From assembly GCA_951406725.2 (NCBI GenBank), contig OX597833.1, positions 44,206,001-44,270,000 of the forward strand: DNA of 64,000 nt. Reading direction: 5' to 3'. The notes below the pieces were generated by a model, which saw only the letters and a program-made list of their open reading frames with translations, searched no databases and had not been told where the DNA came from. The position numbers were made by a program, and so were the translations under genes. Numbering within the stretch: the stretch's first letter is position 1; each line of letters starts with the position of its first letter. The stretch comes from Octopus vulgaris. Taxonomy: Eukaryota. Below, one piece after another: positions 39,348-55,306 of this stretch.

Positions 39348-40659
39348 CTGAAAAGTAACCGAATCAAAATATGTAAATCTTAGAACAAGAGGCATCACAA
39401 TAATATATTAGGTGGTTTCATTAATATAAACTACAAATGTTATATGAAACTAAACTATTCATAATGCAGGACCATGCGAACTGCTGATGCTAACTGTTCA
39501 ACTATCTAACTTTATTTACATACACAATCATATATATAGATACATATATATTCAGAAACACCCCTGTATACGCACATATACATATATAAACACACGCGCG
39601 CGTGCACGCCCACACACTTTCACATTTACTCGCTCAACATATGTAAGTGGTTCAGAATTTTGTTTTGCAATCATGAGCTTCATCTGCCCATCTTCTCTGC
39701 CCATTATTTCTGGAAGAGTCCATAGGAACTTGCCGCTTTTGATCCTCTCAGAAGTAACCGTCACTAGATTCTCCAGTAGGATTCCGAACCGTGACCAACT
39801 GAGATTGTGTACATTATGCAACCTTCCCGTTCGTAGCCTACGCCAAGATTTCATGCTGTTTGGCTCGTCTCGAAGAATCGTAAGTGTATTTTCTACGACA
39901 GTCTAATTACTCGACCATAGCACCGGATCTATGACCTCACACTGCGGGGGAAAAGCGGCTGGATATTGAGAAAGTCCCTTATCTATAAGCTATGCACCCT
40001 GTCGAGTAACGTGACTTCAGATACCTCTCGGAGAAACCGGATTTCTGCCTTTTTAAATCACGGTCGTACTCTTTCCATTATGGTCACTGAATGGAGTCAC
40101 TACAGAGTGCTGCGAGACAGTGATGAGAATAAATGTTACAAAAACTGAGCCATTTCTTCTTCAAGAAAGTATTCCCAATGCACTCTGTGTTAGTGGAAAA
40201 TCACTGAAACAAGTGGAAAAGATTAAATTTCCTGAGTTTGTATTAACGAGTGGTGAAAGGTAGGAGGATTGACTGGATGGAAACTCGCTACCTTCAATAT
40301 GGTTTCCGTGCCTACTCTCACTATGATTATAATTTAATATTTACTTCTATATACCACATATTAGTTCTTGGTATATTGGCCAAATGCTTTCTCCCGTAAC
40401 ATCGATTCGAAAGTGTAAACTCAGTTTAATTCCAAAATTTGAAAATGCTTTTCACTCCTGATCAGGTGTATCACATAGACCTAAATCAACATTGAATGTT
40501 ATCATCAAAAGACGATATCAAATTTATCATCTCGTATTATTTCGGAACTACTACTTCATCACAAAAGGATTTGTTCTCTTCCAGAATAATCTACGGGGGC
40601 GCAAACACACCAGCACTGGTTGTCAAGCGATGTTGGGGGGACAAACACAGACACACACA

Positions 40660-40754
<95 letters not shown>

Positions 40755-41176
40755 GACGGGCTTCTTTCAGTTTCCGTCTGCCAAATCCACTCACAAGGCT
40801 TTGGTCGGCCCGAGGCTATAGCAGAAAACACTTGCCCAAGGTGCCACGCTGTGGGACTGAACCCGGAACAATGTGGTTGGTAAGCAAGCTACTTACTACA
40901 CAGCCACTCCTGCGCCTATCATTAATTTTAGTTAATATTTCTTTTCTTATTGCATCAACTATCTTTAAGTCTATCTCACCCTACAGAAAATTGCGCAAAC
41001 CGTTTCTATACACAGTGCGTAGAGTACGTCCATTACAACAGAAAATACAAAACCAAAAGGAAATATTGTGCATATCAAAGGCTATAAATCTGTGTTTAAT
41101 AGTGCAGTAGAATCACGCAACAGAAATAAAATTAATGACAGCTGAGTGAAAAAAGGAAAGAACTGATAAAACTGAC

Positions 41177-41500
41177 CTTTTAAAGTCTTAGGTTTTGAAG
41201 ATTCGGTAGCTGATCTAAATGTATAGGTTGTCGCATCCTTGCATGTGGGATTAAATTTCCAGCAGATAATCTGACCTCTATAACCCAGAATTGAAGTGCA
41301 GTTGAAACCATTCCGCTGGATTTCTTTTTGAAAGGAATTGAGGCTCCGGGAAAACTGAAATTTCAGAACTGCATTCTCGTTGTTCTGCATGAGAACAATC
41401 TCATCAAAATATCTCAGGCTATACCGACATGCTATAACTAATGCAGTATTGTATCCAAAATCAATGATATCAGAAGGTGATACATATTCAATCTCAAAAA
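41177..41500 (-). CDS. Exon 2: N-terminal V-like Ig domain (324 nt, phase 1-1)
   Basis: poly-T aaacag|TT...AAAG|gtcagt; open 108-codon frame; LVIAC and CKDATTYTF (DxxxYx motif). Confidence 0.8.
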
Positions 41501-41574
41501 CTGTTTAAAAAAAAAAAAACATAAATCAGAAATAATTTTTATGAAAACAAATATAGAAATATATAAATAACAAC

Positions 41575-41644
41575 TGAGAAGAAGGAGGAGGTGGAAGAGA
41601 AGAAGAAGAAGAAGAAGAAGAAGAAAACGAAGAAGAAGAAGAAG

Positions 41645-41676
<32 letters not shown>

Positions 41677-42067
41677 CAAGAAGTACAAGAAGAAGAGCAG
41701 GAGGGGGCGAGCAGAACGAGGAGGCGGAGGGGAGTAGAACGAGGTGGGGGAGGGGAACAGAACGAGGAGGAGGAGGGGAGCAGAACGAAGAGGAGGGGAG
41801 GAAGAGAAGGAGGAGGAAGAAGGAGCGGGAGGAGAGCAGGAGAAGGGGGAAATAGAAAGAAAGAAATAAAGTAAATTAACACTAAAGACGAGGAGGAAAA
41901 AGAAAACGGAGAGTAAGAGAAAAGAGAGAAACAATGGGAAGAAAACAAGAAGAAAGAAAGAAGGAAACGGGATGAGAAGAGAAAAAATAAAAAGGAAAGG
42001 ATGAGTAAAAGAAGACGAGAGAAAGAAACAAATAATGGAAGAATGAAAGAAATGAAAGAAAGAAGGA

Positions 42068-42119
<52 letters not shown>

Positions 42120-42135
42120 AGGAAAGCAAGCAAGC

Positions 42136-42166
<31 letters not shown>

Positions 42167-42210
42167 GAGGAGACATCGAAGAGCAAAGTCGAGGAGGAAA
42201 ACGAAAAAAG
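41575..42210. repeat. Polypurine low-complexity tract ((GAA)n, (GAAA)n)
   Basis: Direct inspection. Confidence 0.9.
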
Positions 42211-42776
42211 TAGAGTAAATGTGTGCATAGGTGTACATGCACATATTAACACACACACACACACACGTATACGTCCACTTGGTTCCGGGTTCAGTCCCAC
42301 TGCGTGGCACCTTGGGCAAGTGTTTTCTGCTATAGCCTCGGGCCGACCAAAGCCTTGTGAATGGATTTGGTAGACGGAAACTGAAAGAAGCCTGTCGTAT
42401 ATATGTACATATATATATATATATATATATGTGTGTGTATGTGTGTGTATATGTTTGTGTGTCTGTGTTTGTCCCTCTAGCATTGCTTGACAACCGATGC
42501 TGGTGTGTTTACGTCCCCGTTACTTAGCAGTTCGGCAAAAGAGACCGATAGAATAAGTACTGGGCTTACAAAGAATAAGTCCCGGGTTCGATTTGCTGAG
42601 AGAAGTAAAAGAGTAAAAAAAAGAGAGTATATGTGTGTGTATGTGTGTGTGTGTGTTCATTTATACGTATATATGCTTGTGTGTATATGAGTCTGTGCAC
42701 GTATATAAACGTGTGTATATAGATGTGTGTATACATACATGCATACGGTATGCACATGTATATACGCACATAAGTA

Positions 42777-43238
42777 TCGTAAATCCTCGAGTATTATCCG
42801 CATTTTCCCCCAAAATTTAAAGGTCGAAATCCCTAGTGCATATTATATACGAGGTTAAAAATGAAAAATATTTTCTAAGCAATGTCCGAGTCTCTATTTG
42901 CTGTCCGACAATGTTTAAGACTCATTTTGTGATGTCGGGCGTGAGAATACATTAAGCTAAGCCTGAAAGCAATGAAGTCATTAAAAAATCATCCATAACT
43001 TGCAGTAAGCAACATTTATTAAAATAAAAGTATTCAGAACACAGAATAACATGTAACAAAAACAATTTGCAAACATATTTACATTTCCATATAACAGTTA
43101 AGAACATCACCATTTTTGTATTACGCATGCGCAGAAGTGTTTGTTCGTCCAGGTGCTGCTGGCTTAATTACGCACGACTCAAGTTAGAGAAGGAGTGCGT
43201 AATATACTCAAGGGCGGACTATACTCGAGGATTTACGG
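42777..43238. mobile_element. Tc1/pogo-type MITE
   Basis: TA|.cgtaaatcctcgagtat ... atactcgaggatttacgg|TA. Confidence 0.8.
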
Positions 43239-43392
43239 TATATATAATGGTGTGTGCATTTGTATTTACGGTAGGTTTATAGTTAGAGCAGGTGAGGAGT
43301 TGAGCTCTAGTGGATGAATACCGTTTCTTCATTATGTGTTTTGTCATGTATGTATATATATACATATTCGTAAATATGTATGTATGTATGTA

Positions 43393-43446
<54 letters not shown>

Positions 43447-43488
43447 CATATATATATACATATATATATACATATATATACGTATATA

Positions 43489-43551
<63 letters not shown>

Positions 43552-43656
43552 ATATATATACGTAAAAGACTTTTTCTAATCCTGGGCGTTATACTAATAC
43601 ATCTGTTTGTTTTGTAAACCACCTGTCTTCGTTTTTTGTTTTTTTCGTAAACGCTC

Positions 43657-43715
<59 letters not shown>

Positions 43716-44563
43716 TGTATGTATACACACACAAATATATATATATATATGTATACATATATATATATGAATGTATGTATGTATGTATATATATATATGT
43801 ATATGTATATAAGTACATGAGTACGTCTATGCATACATACATGCACACGCATAAATACAAGTGCACACACCAGTATACATATACATACGTGCGTATACTT
43901 GCGCACACTGTATGTCGGCACACAAACGTACACACTAGTATGCATACACTCGCGCGTACACCCGTTTACATGTGTGTGCGTGCTCATGAGTGTGCATGTA
44001 TGTACACACACACTTATATATGTGCACAAACACACCCTTACACACATACATTTATAAATATAAATAAATATATACACGCGCGCACTCACACATACGCAGA
44101 CATATACAGATATATGTATATGTGTGTGTGTGTGTGTGTGCGCGTGTATGTGTGTGTATGTGTGCACGTACAGATATACATACATGCACGCATACGCATA
44201 AATACAATCACAGGTATAAGTACATGCACATGCATATACACATATATATTCGTACCTCTACACGTCACACCACTCCTTCCTATAACCCCTCCAACCATGG
44301 GACCGATTTTCAGTCCACCACACGGTCGATTTCATGTTCAACATGCGGCAGTTTCCAACTAATTGTTGTCGATGAAATACCAACGTCAAACTGTTACATC
44401 GCGTGACCGTTCTCGATCAATCGAAGCCCACCTTCCGGTAATAACAATTGACTTTCTCCAACTCATCTCTCATTCAAAATTTCCAATTTCCAATATAGGA
44501 AAAATAGCATCACACTTTGAAACTTTACCAACGCGTTTGAATCAAACTGTCTTGATCCATATA

Positions 44564-44699
<136 letters not shown>

Positions 44700-45931
44700 T
44701 ATATGCATACATATATGTACATACATATATATACATATATGCATACATAAATCTCTTTTACTCTTTTACTTGTTTCAGTCATTTGACTGCGGCCATGCTG
44801 GAGCACCGCCTTTAATCGAGCAACTCAACCCCGGGACTTATTCATTGTAAGCCCAGTACTTATTCTATCGGTCTGTTTTGCCGAACCGCTAAGGTGACGG
44901 GGACATAAACACACCAGCATCGGTTGTCAAGCAATGTTGGGGGGACAAACACAGACACACAAAAGCACACATCCATATATATATATATATACATATACAC
45001 GACGGGTTTTTTTCAGTTCCCATCTACCAAATCCACTCACAAGGCTTTGGTCGGCACGAGGCTATAGTAGAAGACACCTGACCAAGGTGCCACGCAGTGG
45101 GACTGAACCCGGAACCATGTGGTTAGTAAACAAGCTACTTACCACACAGCCACTCCTGCGCCTATATATGTACATAAATACATATATATTTATACAGATA
45201 TGCATATATGGCTAGAGGACGTCGCAAAACGTAATTAACATGAAATACAGAAATAAATTGGGTACACAAAGGCGTAGAAGGACAGCCGACAACTGATGAA
45301 GGGTAGTTCTTTATGTTACTTGTCTTGTTTTCCATTTGTGTCTCTCGCTGTCTGCATACCCAGCTTTATGTTCGTACTTCATGTTGTTTACGTTTTGTGA
45401 CGTCCTGAACCCGTATATGCTTATCTATATACATATATTACATATATATGTATGCACATATATGTATGTATGTATATATGCATATATATGTGTATGTGTG
45501 TGTGGAGGTGCAATATCCCAGTGGTTAGGGCAACGGACTCGCGGTCGTCGGATCGCGATTTCGATTCCCAGACCGGGCGTTGTGAGTATTCGTTGAGCAA
45601 AACCACCTAAAGCTCCACGGAGCTCCGGCAGGGGTGGTGGCGATCCCTGTTGTACTCTTTCTCCACGAACTTTCTCTCACTCTTTCTTCTGTTGGCTTGC
45701 TCACTTAGCCAGCGGGGTGGCGTCATTTGAAGGCTAAAACAATGCGAAGCGCATTGTGACTAGCGATGTGTAGCAACATCTGATAGCCTGGTCGGTCACT
45801 GTGATCATGGTGATATATATATATATATATATATATAGACAGAGAGAGAGAGAGAGAGAGAGAGATTATTTATATTATTATTTGATTGAACGTGTTCATT
45901 TACAAGTAAGTTTATGTATCTACATATCTAT

Positions 45932-45965
<34 letters not shown>

Positions 45966-46195
45966 CTCCCCCTCTCTCTCTTTCTCTCTCTCTATTTTTA
46001 TATGTATGTATGTATATTATTTATATTATTTACAATTGACGGATATTTGTCCTCATCTTGTTTGTTGTTAACACAAGTTTCGGCTGATATACCCTCTAGC
46101 CTTCATCAGGTTACTCTCTGGAATCGAACTCAGAATCTTGGAGTTAGTGGCTGCGGTCTTAACCCCAAGATTCCGAGTTCGACTCCAGGCAGTGA

Positions 46196-46292
<97 letters not shown>

Positions 46293-46325
46293 AATAATAA
46301 TAATGATAATAATAATAATAATAAT

Positions 46326-46356
<31 letters not shown>

Positions 46357-46358
<2 letters not shown>

Positions 46359-49300
46359 CGTACTTTAAACTTACAACACAAAATGTATGAAAAACTACAT
46401 GTGCAAAACAATGTGACAACGGAAATGAACGGACCGGTACCCTACGAAAATGACGACCGTCAAAATAATGGGCCGGACGTTGTTCCTCATATCCCGCAAA
46501 TAAAACCCAAAAGACATAAATGGACATTTGAGGAATACATTTCTATCCTACACGCTCACTTTACAGCAGTGATCTACCCAAAGAATGAAAACACAACAAC
46601 ACATACATATAAAATATGGAAGAAAAATAACATAAATATAGACTTGGATAAAGCAATGAACCCTAATAAACTAGCTAACGTACGAAGATACATTCTCAAC
46701 GCAAAAAAATATCAGAAATAGAAATAGAACATCTAAAAGAAAAAATACATCAGGAAAATGTAGATAGAAGCCACACAACAATGCCCAATAATATAAACAC
46801 TGAAACAGTGAAACACGAAGACAAACGTAACATTCCCAACAAACACGATGTAAACAAAAACAACAAACCCAGACCGTACGGATGCACAATAATACACGAC
46901 AAACAGCAAGCCAAAACACGACAAACAAACATACAAATAAGAAAGAAAGTGACACAAATCTAAAACCTGGAAACAACAAAGGGGAGCCTAATGATTATGA
47001 TAATATAAAAAGTAGAATAATCAAAGAACTGAAAACCACAGAGCTCAAAATGGACCACCGACCATACCTCCCAAAAATCAAAATAGACGAAACAACAACA
47101 CCAATTATAAACAGCATAAACCTAGCCGTCACGGAACTAATAGCCACTGAAACAAAAAGCGATATCACTGAGCTAAATGACTTAGTATACGCTGCAGCCA
47201 CTACAGCCACAAAAGAAGCTGGATACTCACTCAAACCCGTCCAAACAGGAGTACTACCACCCAAACAAACCCTGTGGATAAATAACATCCAAAACAAAAT
47301 ACAAAAAAATGAGAAAACATCTGTCGATTCTTAATGAAATCAGTAGACAATCAACGCTACTGAGCAACAAAAAGAAAACAAAAATACTCCGCAAATACAT
47401 CACAGAAAAAGATTTACCTGAGATAAAAGAAAAGCTAAAGCAAGATATCCTTGCCAAAGCACTAAGGATCCGCCGGCACGAGAAACGCCAGCGCTTCTTT
47501 GAACAAAACAAAAAGTTCAACTCCAACCCCAAAAAGTTCTACCAAGAACTTGGAAAAAATAAAATAGAAATCACTGCAGCACCAACGGCAGAAGAAGTGG
47601 AAGAATTCTGGAGAGAAATATGGTCGGCGAACGAACAACCAAAAAAAAAAGGAGTATTAAAACAACAAACCCAGTATCTGAGCAACTTTGGACCCCCATA
47701 ACAACTGAAGAGGTCAGCCAGGCACTGCAAAGACTAAGCAACTGGAAGGCACCTGGGCATGACAAGATCCCCAACTTCTGGTTGAAATTCTAACAGGAAT
47801 GCACAAAAAGCTGGCTGAAAATTTTAACAACATACTGGCAGAGCCAGAGACAATGCCTGAATGGCTCACGAAGGGGAAAACCATCTTAATTCCCAAATCA
47901 AATGAAACAGCAAAACCAGAAAACTACAGGCCAATAACATGTCTCCCTACAATGTACAAGGCATTTACTGCAGTGATATCGCAAAGATTGAACAAGCACC
48001 TGGACGAAAACAACCTGTTCCCAGAACAGCAGAAAGGATGCCGTAAAGGCTCATATGGCTGTAAAGATCAACTAATGATTAATAAAGCCATAACTGAAGA
48101 CAGCCACAGAAAGAAGAAAGGCCTCAGCATGGCCTGGATCGACTACAAAAAGGCGTTTGATAGCATTCCCCACACCTGGATCCTCGAAACACTAGCCATT
48201 AACAAAGTAGCACCAACAAATATAAAATTCATAGGACACACTATGAATAAATGGCAAACAGTGCTACAGCTCCAAACAAAAGAGGGACTCATGAAAACCA
48301 AAGCCATCCCCATTAGAAGAGGAATATTCCATGGAGACACGCTCTCTCCACTCCTTTTCTGCTTGGCACTGTCACCTCAATCTAATATGCTAAATAGTAC
48401 TGGATGCGGATATAAATGTTACGGCAAAACGATCAGCCACCATTTATACATGGATGACCTAAAACTATACGCTGCAAATGACAAACTGCTGGAAACACTA
48501 TTAAAGACAATTCATGGATTTACCAAAGAAATAGATATGAAATTTGGATTAGAAAAATGCGCCAAAGTAACCATGAAAAGAGGAAAACTAGTTAAGAGTA
48601 GCAACAATGAAATAAAAGAATTAGACCAAAGCCAAACTTACAAATACTTAGGACTCCATGAACTAGATAAGACACAACACACACAAATGAAAGAGAAAAT
48701 AAAAAAAAGAATATTATAGACGAGTTAGATCAATACAGAAAACAGAGCTCAATGCTAAAAACAAGATAATAGGTATCAACACTTTAGCTGTCCCAGTTAT
48801 AAGTTACAGCTACAATATCCTTAACTGGACGCTAAATGAACTGACCAAAATAGATAGGAAAACAAGAAAAATAATGATAGGATCTCGGATGCATCACCCA
48901 AAATCTGACATAGAAAGACTATATATACAACGTATAGAAGGTGGTAGAGGCCTTATACAGCTGGAAAACTACTATAAAATAACCACCATAGGACTGCAAA
49001 AATATCTACATCAGAAGGAAGGAAAACTGATACAAATAGCGGCAAAACACGAGCAAAACAAAAAACTGTTCTCAGTATTTAAGGAAGCTGACAAATACAA
49101 ATAAGAAATCATACCACCTAACAAATATGAAGAAGAAGAAGAAGAAGAAGAAGAAGAAGAAGAAGAAGAAGAAGAAGAAGAAGAAGAAGAAGAAGAAGAA
49201 GAAGAAGAAGAAGAAGAAGAAGAAGAAACAACAAAAGCTATAAAACAAATGAAATCCAAACTAAAACTAGAACAGCAAAGAACCATGATAAATCGATGGC

Positions 49301-50149
49301 AAGGAAAGCCCCTTCATGGTAAATACTGGACTAAACTAAATGCAAAAGAAATAGACAAAGAAAAATCCCAGCAATGGTTGAGAAGCTCAGGACCCAAAGC
49401 AGAGACAGAGGGATTTTTAATTGCAGCACAAGACCAAAGCCTCCCCACCAGAAATTACCAAAAACATGTAATGAAAAGAAATATAACAAGTAACTGCAGA
49501 ATATGTGGAGATGGACAAGAATCAATAAACCATATTATCTCTGGCTGCTCAGTCCTGGCAAAGAAGGAATATATTCACAGACATGACAGAGTTGGAACCT
49601 ACATACACTGGAAGCTATGCCAACATTATGGAATAACAACAGAAGAAAGATGGTATAGCACACAACAGAAAAGGTCACAGAAAACGAGAAACAACCATAC
49701 TCTGGGATATGCCGATACACACAGATAGAGAAATTAAGGCCAACAGACCAGATATAGTTGTCAGAGATCATGAAGAAAAAAAATTGATGTGTCATTACCG
49801 GCAGATGACAACGTGTCTCTAAAAGAAATGGAGAAACTTTCAAAATACAAAGACCTGGAAATAGAGGTAACCAGAATGTGGAATCTAAAAACAGAAACTA
49901 TTCCTATCATAATAGGTGCATTAGGCATGATAAAAAAATATTCAGACAAATACATAACAAAAACACCAGGACTTACAAACACATATAACATACAGAAAAT
50001 TGCACTTCTAGGCACTGCACACATCCTGTGCAGAACACTTTCCATACAATAACCATCAGAGCATCACAACAAATCACAGCACATACCCAAGGCACACAGA
50101 GCTGCGCTCGGTATTGAAGTGAAAGCACACTATAAAAATAAAACTACTG
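46357..50149 (+). mobile_element. Near full-length R4/Dong-clade non-LTR retrotransposon inserted in (TAA)n; frameshifted
   Basis: RT ORF 47799-48719 (WIDYKKAFDS, YMDD), CCHC, RHD, PD..D RLE, KLSKY; (AAT)n on both flanks. Confidence 0.9.
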
Positions 50150-50170
50150 AATAATAATAATAACAATAAC

Positions 50171-50220
<50 letters not shown>

Positions 50221-52813
50221 TAATAATAATAATAATAATAAGTACCAAGCAGTGGCTCTCGTGGCTTCTGATTTTAACTGATTGGAAGTATTATCATGTA
50301 CATTGTTTTGTCTTGGTAAATATTCTTCTCAATACCACAGATTTGCTTGTCAGTTGTTTGACCTTAACCAGTTTACCATGTCCCTTAGTGGCTGACGATA
50401 TATGCATCTCTAATCACGAGCAGAAGTAGTGGGGAAGCATCTGAGGTTTGAATAATTCACCTCTGGATACATGGGTGTTTCATTCAACATCCTTAAACAA
50501 CCCTTAATCAGGGACCTTTTGAGTGGGATGGGTTAACCGACCAGAAGAAAATTCTAACTGGGCCCCACCCGCAAGGTCATGCGCTGTTTATCTTGTTATG
50601 AGATCACCATGTCGCGCACATATGGTTGTGATGCATGTGCCTGGTGTACTCTTATCAGACGGGTAGTCATGATGGGTATACTGGGCTTCGTATATTTTAC
50701 CCCAGTGTCACTTTGATGGCACGCACTTCTCTCTCACTCAATAATAATAATAATCACATGGACAGTAGACGAACTAAACAGCTTAGACAGAAAGTTCAGG
50801 CTATCTTATATAGTCCCATGCTGAAGCCTCCTTCGGTCATGACTGACCATGGGATTGCACCTTGAAAGTTGCACCTTGAAAGTCCGGGCAAGGTTGTTTA
50901 TGGAAGACCAGCAGTCGCCCATGCATACCGGCCTCCTCTCTCCACGCCACCAGTGTTATTCAAGGGAAAGGCAACGGTCGATAAAGCTTGGCACCTGTGA
51001 CGTCGCAACTCATTTCTACTGTGTGAACTGGAGCAACGTGAAATAAAGTGTCTTGCTCAAGAACACAACACGCAGCCCGGTCCGGGCTTTTGTTTTTGAA
51101 GTAGTCATTTCTGCAATGATGCCTATAGTATGAAAGTAGTAGCCTATCAGAGTTCGTTCATTTGTCATCTCCTATTCATCATAGTCCTTCAGACCATATC
51201 ATTGTAATTTAAGACTGGCTGATGAGTTTGTTCTCGTAGTTAAGCTGAGTAGAAATTGAAATTAAATTCTAGCTGTGGAAGAAAAACCTACAATCAAAGT
51301 GTACTTAGTGAATATCAGATTTCTAGTTAGCAGGAAATCAGAAAGGCCTCTAAACCCTTCAAGTAAATACTCCTGCTCAATGTGTAGAAGAAGCCCATGC
51401 ATACCGGCCTACTCTCTCCACGCCACCAGTGTTATTCAAGGGAAAGGCAAACTACGGACATGTAAGAGTTGCAGTGGAATCACAGGAAGGTTAACAGGAA
51501 AAGTAAACTTTGTAATAGACCGGCTAGATAAAGAAACAATCAGAGTGCACCGGAAAAAGACTTTCTGGAATGGCCAGGCGGTTTCCTAAAATTAGTAGAC
51601 AGTTTCTGTTAAATAAGAGACCAAATTAACGGGGCAAAAATATGTTCTGAACGTATAACTGCTAGAACAAGAGCTATTTGTAACAAATGATAGCTTTGTC
51701 AGTGCGAAAGCCAGATTGTATGATACTTGTGTACGAACAACAATGTTACGTAATAGTGTAACTTGGGATGTGAATGCAGAAAATATGCGATGGATAGAAA
51801 GATATGAAAGTAGCATACCACGATGGATGTTCCACATAAGTGTGCCTGTACGACTAAAACCAAATGTGTTTGTCTGTCTTTTTCTCTCTCAGTCTCTTTC
51901 ACTTTTTCATTCCACGTGCGCAAGCCATTAATTCACCTCTGTATCGACCATCCGCTCCTGTCGCTCTGTCTTCATTTGGCAACCATCAATACTACACACT
52001 ATTCAGTTGAGGTATCTCATATCGCAGGTACTTACTGACATCACCATTGCCATTGTGAAGAAGGAGTTACCCTGAGCTCTCTGGAAAGTAGCTGGAGTCA
52101 GGCAGGGCATCCAGCCGTAGAAGCCATTCCAACGCAGACACAGAACCTCGGCATAGTTCTCTCATTAGTCTGTTCGTGTCAAACAGTTCAACCCATGACA
52201 GCATGCAAAAATAAACATTCTTGTAGGCGCAGAGGAGCCTGTAATTATACATGGCCGGATGACATGGTTCCTGAAGATCACAGGACTATTTCGGAGGTGT
52301 ACTCCGCATGTAGACAGACATTACACTGGTGGCGTAAAGAAGAAACACCAGTTAGTGAGATAGAAAGAAACTGATGAGGGTTTCCTACAAAAGACGAGTT
52401 GGAAAAGAATAAGAAAAAATATCGGATGGCACAAGAATCTTTTGTTTTCAGTGCTTCACTAAAGATGCTTTTCTGCGGTTTCAACCAATTTATGCTGCTG
52501 GCAAACAGACAGATGTTTCGTGGAAATATTTATACCCTAGGTATGACTTCAGACTGCATCTGTTTGTGGTGCCCTGGTTTGGGAATCCATGGTTTTGTTG
52601 AGTGTGGAACCAGCCCCTCTCTCTTTCTCTCTCTCTTGATATATAAATATATATATGTATATACGCATACACACATGCATAAATACATGCATGCATGCAT
52701 GCATACATACATACATACACACATACATACATGTACAGGTCTTCTTTCCGTTTTCATCACCGGATCTACTCACGAGGTTTTCGTTGGCCATACGGCATAG
52801 TACTATGTACACA

Positions 52814-52915
<102 letters not shown>

Positions 52916-54049
52916 CACTGACACATTACACCACCATAAATGTGTAAAACCCAACCATAACAATAACCGTGATACTAACCCTCCTAACCATAAAATCTCC
53001 CACCTAAACAAAATTACACCTGACAATATTGATCGAACTAAACTAACACAACACACTCACATAAAAATGCCTAATACCAAATGCTGAAACCACACAGTTC
53101 TCCGGTATAACCTGATCCACGCCTCAAATGTGACTTCCAAGATCGTTAGACAGTTTTTCACAGAATTTGACAGGTGCTTCCCAAAATCACACAGGTACCA
53201 CCCTATAGTCAACAGATATAATGTCATTTACAATATAATGTAATTTCCGTAGGTGAAGGTGTTTTTGAGCCTGTATTTGTTGTCTGCGTATCATTTGTGT
53301 GTGTGGTGTGTGTGTTATTCTGGTGTATGAAGTTAATGCATTCTCCGTGTCCTGCCCTAGCCAGTGCCTCATTGTAATAAGGTGCATGCAGGTCATATAA
53401 TTTCGGAGTCAGACAATCGCGAAACCCTGGTCTGAATATTCTATGCAAGATACCGTATAATGGAGGGTGGATGATTCGACCTGGAATTAATGTATTTTAG
53501 GTTGGAATTTGGTTTGGTGAAAGGCTCGTAAGAGTCTGGTGTCAAAGTTGAATGCGGCACATAGGAAGTTAACCTTGCGGTATTCCATTTCTACAGTTAC
53601 TGCTAGTCCAGAATTCTTGAATAATTTATATAGTTTCTTCTTATAGCTTCCAAGTTCTACATTAGTGCAACGGTTAAAATAGAAGCTCACTCCCATCCCT
53701 GGGAGAGTGGTCTGGATTAAGGATAGGATGCAGGCCCCAACTGTGTCAGTGCATTGTGCGGAGTCGGAAGATCCCATCTCTATATCGTGCCCCACATGAT
53801 ATAGGTATGTACGTATGTATATGTATACATGAATGTGCGTGCGTCTGGGCAGGCGCACATACGTGTGAGTGTATACTGGCGTGTGTGCCTGAATAAACTT
53901 ATGATCGTTTAGTGTCTTTCTGTGCGTCTGATTAAACGTTCAGAGCCACGAGGTCAAATGGCCTTAAACTGACCAAGCCGTGACACTTGGCTGCCATAGC
54001 CACCATATATCAAAGACTTACATACCATTGGGGAGGCCTATGAGAAAAT

Positions 54050-54455
54050 GATCTTTTCGGTTTGAACGGCAGTTTTAAAAAATAATTTCCACTTAACTAA
54101 ACACTTTTAAACTTCGTTTACTGGTAGAATGTGTGTATAAAACATCTTTTTTTCTTGGCTTTTCTATAGTTTGTAAAATATTTGTTGTTGTTTTTCTTCA
54201 ATTTCTACAATTTCAACCAATCAATGACGTCTATTGAGGTGAAAACATTCTGTGCCGTATGAATATGTCCCTCGTTTAAGAAACAGATTGGGTTTATTTA
54301 CATTTCTGAAGAAAAAAAATATACCCTTCCCCGCACCCCTAACCCCAACCCTAAAACAGATTGAAATGCAATAGATCGATACTAGGGTCATAATTATGGG
54401 TGATAATTTCATATGACACCGCTAGAAAAAATTGCCGTTCAAACCGAAAAGATCC
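54050..54455. mobile_element. MITE with 9-bp TSD tgagaaaat (MULE-like)
   Basis: TSDs at 54041-54049 and 54456-54464; TIRs visible. Confidence 0.85.
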
Positions 54456-54977
54456 TGAGAAAATTTGGTTTTAATGTTTGACAACTCAGCACCTTCCATT
54501 GGACGGGGGCTGTTTTGCTCGTAATATATAAAGTCAAAGAATATTCTTCATGTGTAATGGATATCCGATGAATGCCTCTTCGAGGAAAACATTATGAACT
54601 ATTAGAAAAATGAAGTAAACTGTGATAATTCTAAATTTACTCAGACAAATAGCGACTGAGCTTTTTGTTCTTCGTTTGAATACTTGCAAACAACATAAAA
54701 CGCATGCACGCTCACACACATGCTACGTACGTACATACATACATACATACATACATACATACATACATACATACATACATACAAACATACATATATACAT
54801 ACAAACAAACATACATACATACATACAAACAAACATACATACATACATACATACATACATACATACATACATACATACATACAAACGTACATGTTGATGC
54901 ATAAGTGTTATATATATTTATATAATGTAGATGTAAAAATTATATAAATATATATGCATATTCTATATTCTCTCTCT

Positions 54978-55041
<64 letters not shown>

Positions 55042-55306
55042 CATGTACTATGTACATATATATATGTACTATGTTAACAAGGGAAAATACACACATCTAT
55101 TTATATATGTACTATGTATGTATGGTTGCATGTATGTATGTATGTATGTATGTATGTATGTATGTATGTATGTATGTATGTATGTATGTGTATATGTATG
55201 TAGGCATATATAGTGCGTTTTGCGACAATCAAAACATTAAATCTAAAACAAGCAGATTCAGCGTTGGAAATGAAGAAAATAATATTTTTTCTTAGTTTAA
55301 ACTTAC

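Noticed and set aside
39552-39854. 100-aa minus ORF between the two Ig exons as an extra exon
   Set aside because: LSWSRFGILLENL resembles an RTE C-terminus; no phase-1 splice sites.
47799-48719. Stand-alone or domesticated reverse transcriptase gene
   Set aside because: One fragment of a frameshifted R4/Dong element; all RTs in the window are disrupted.
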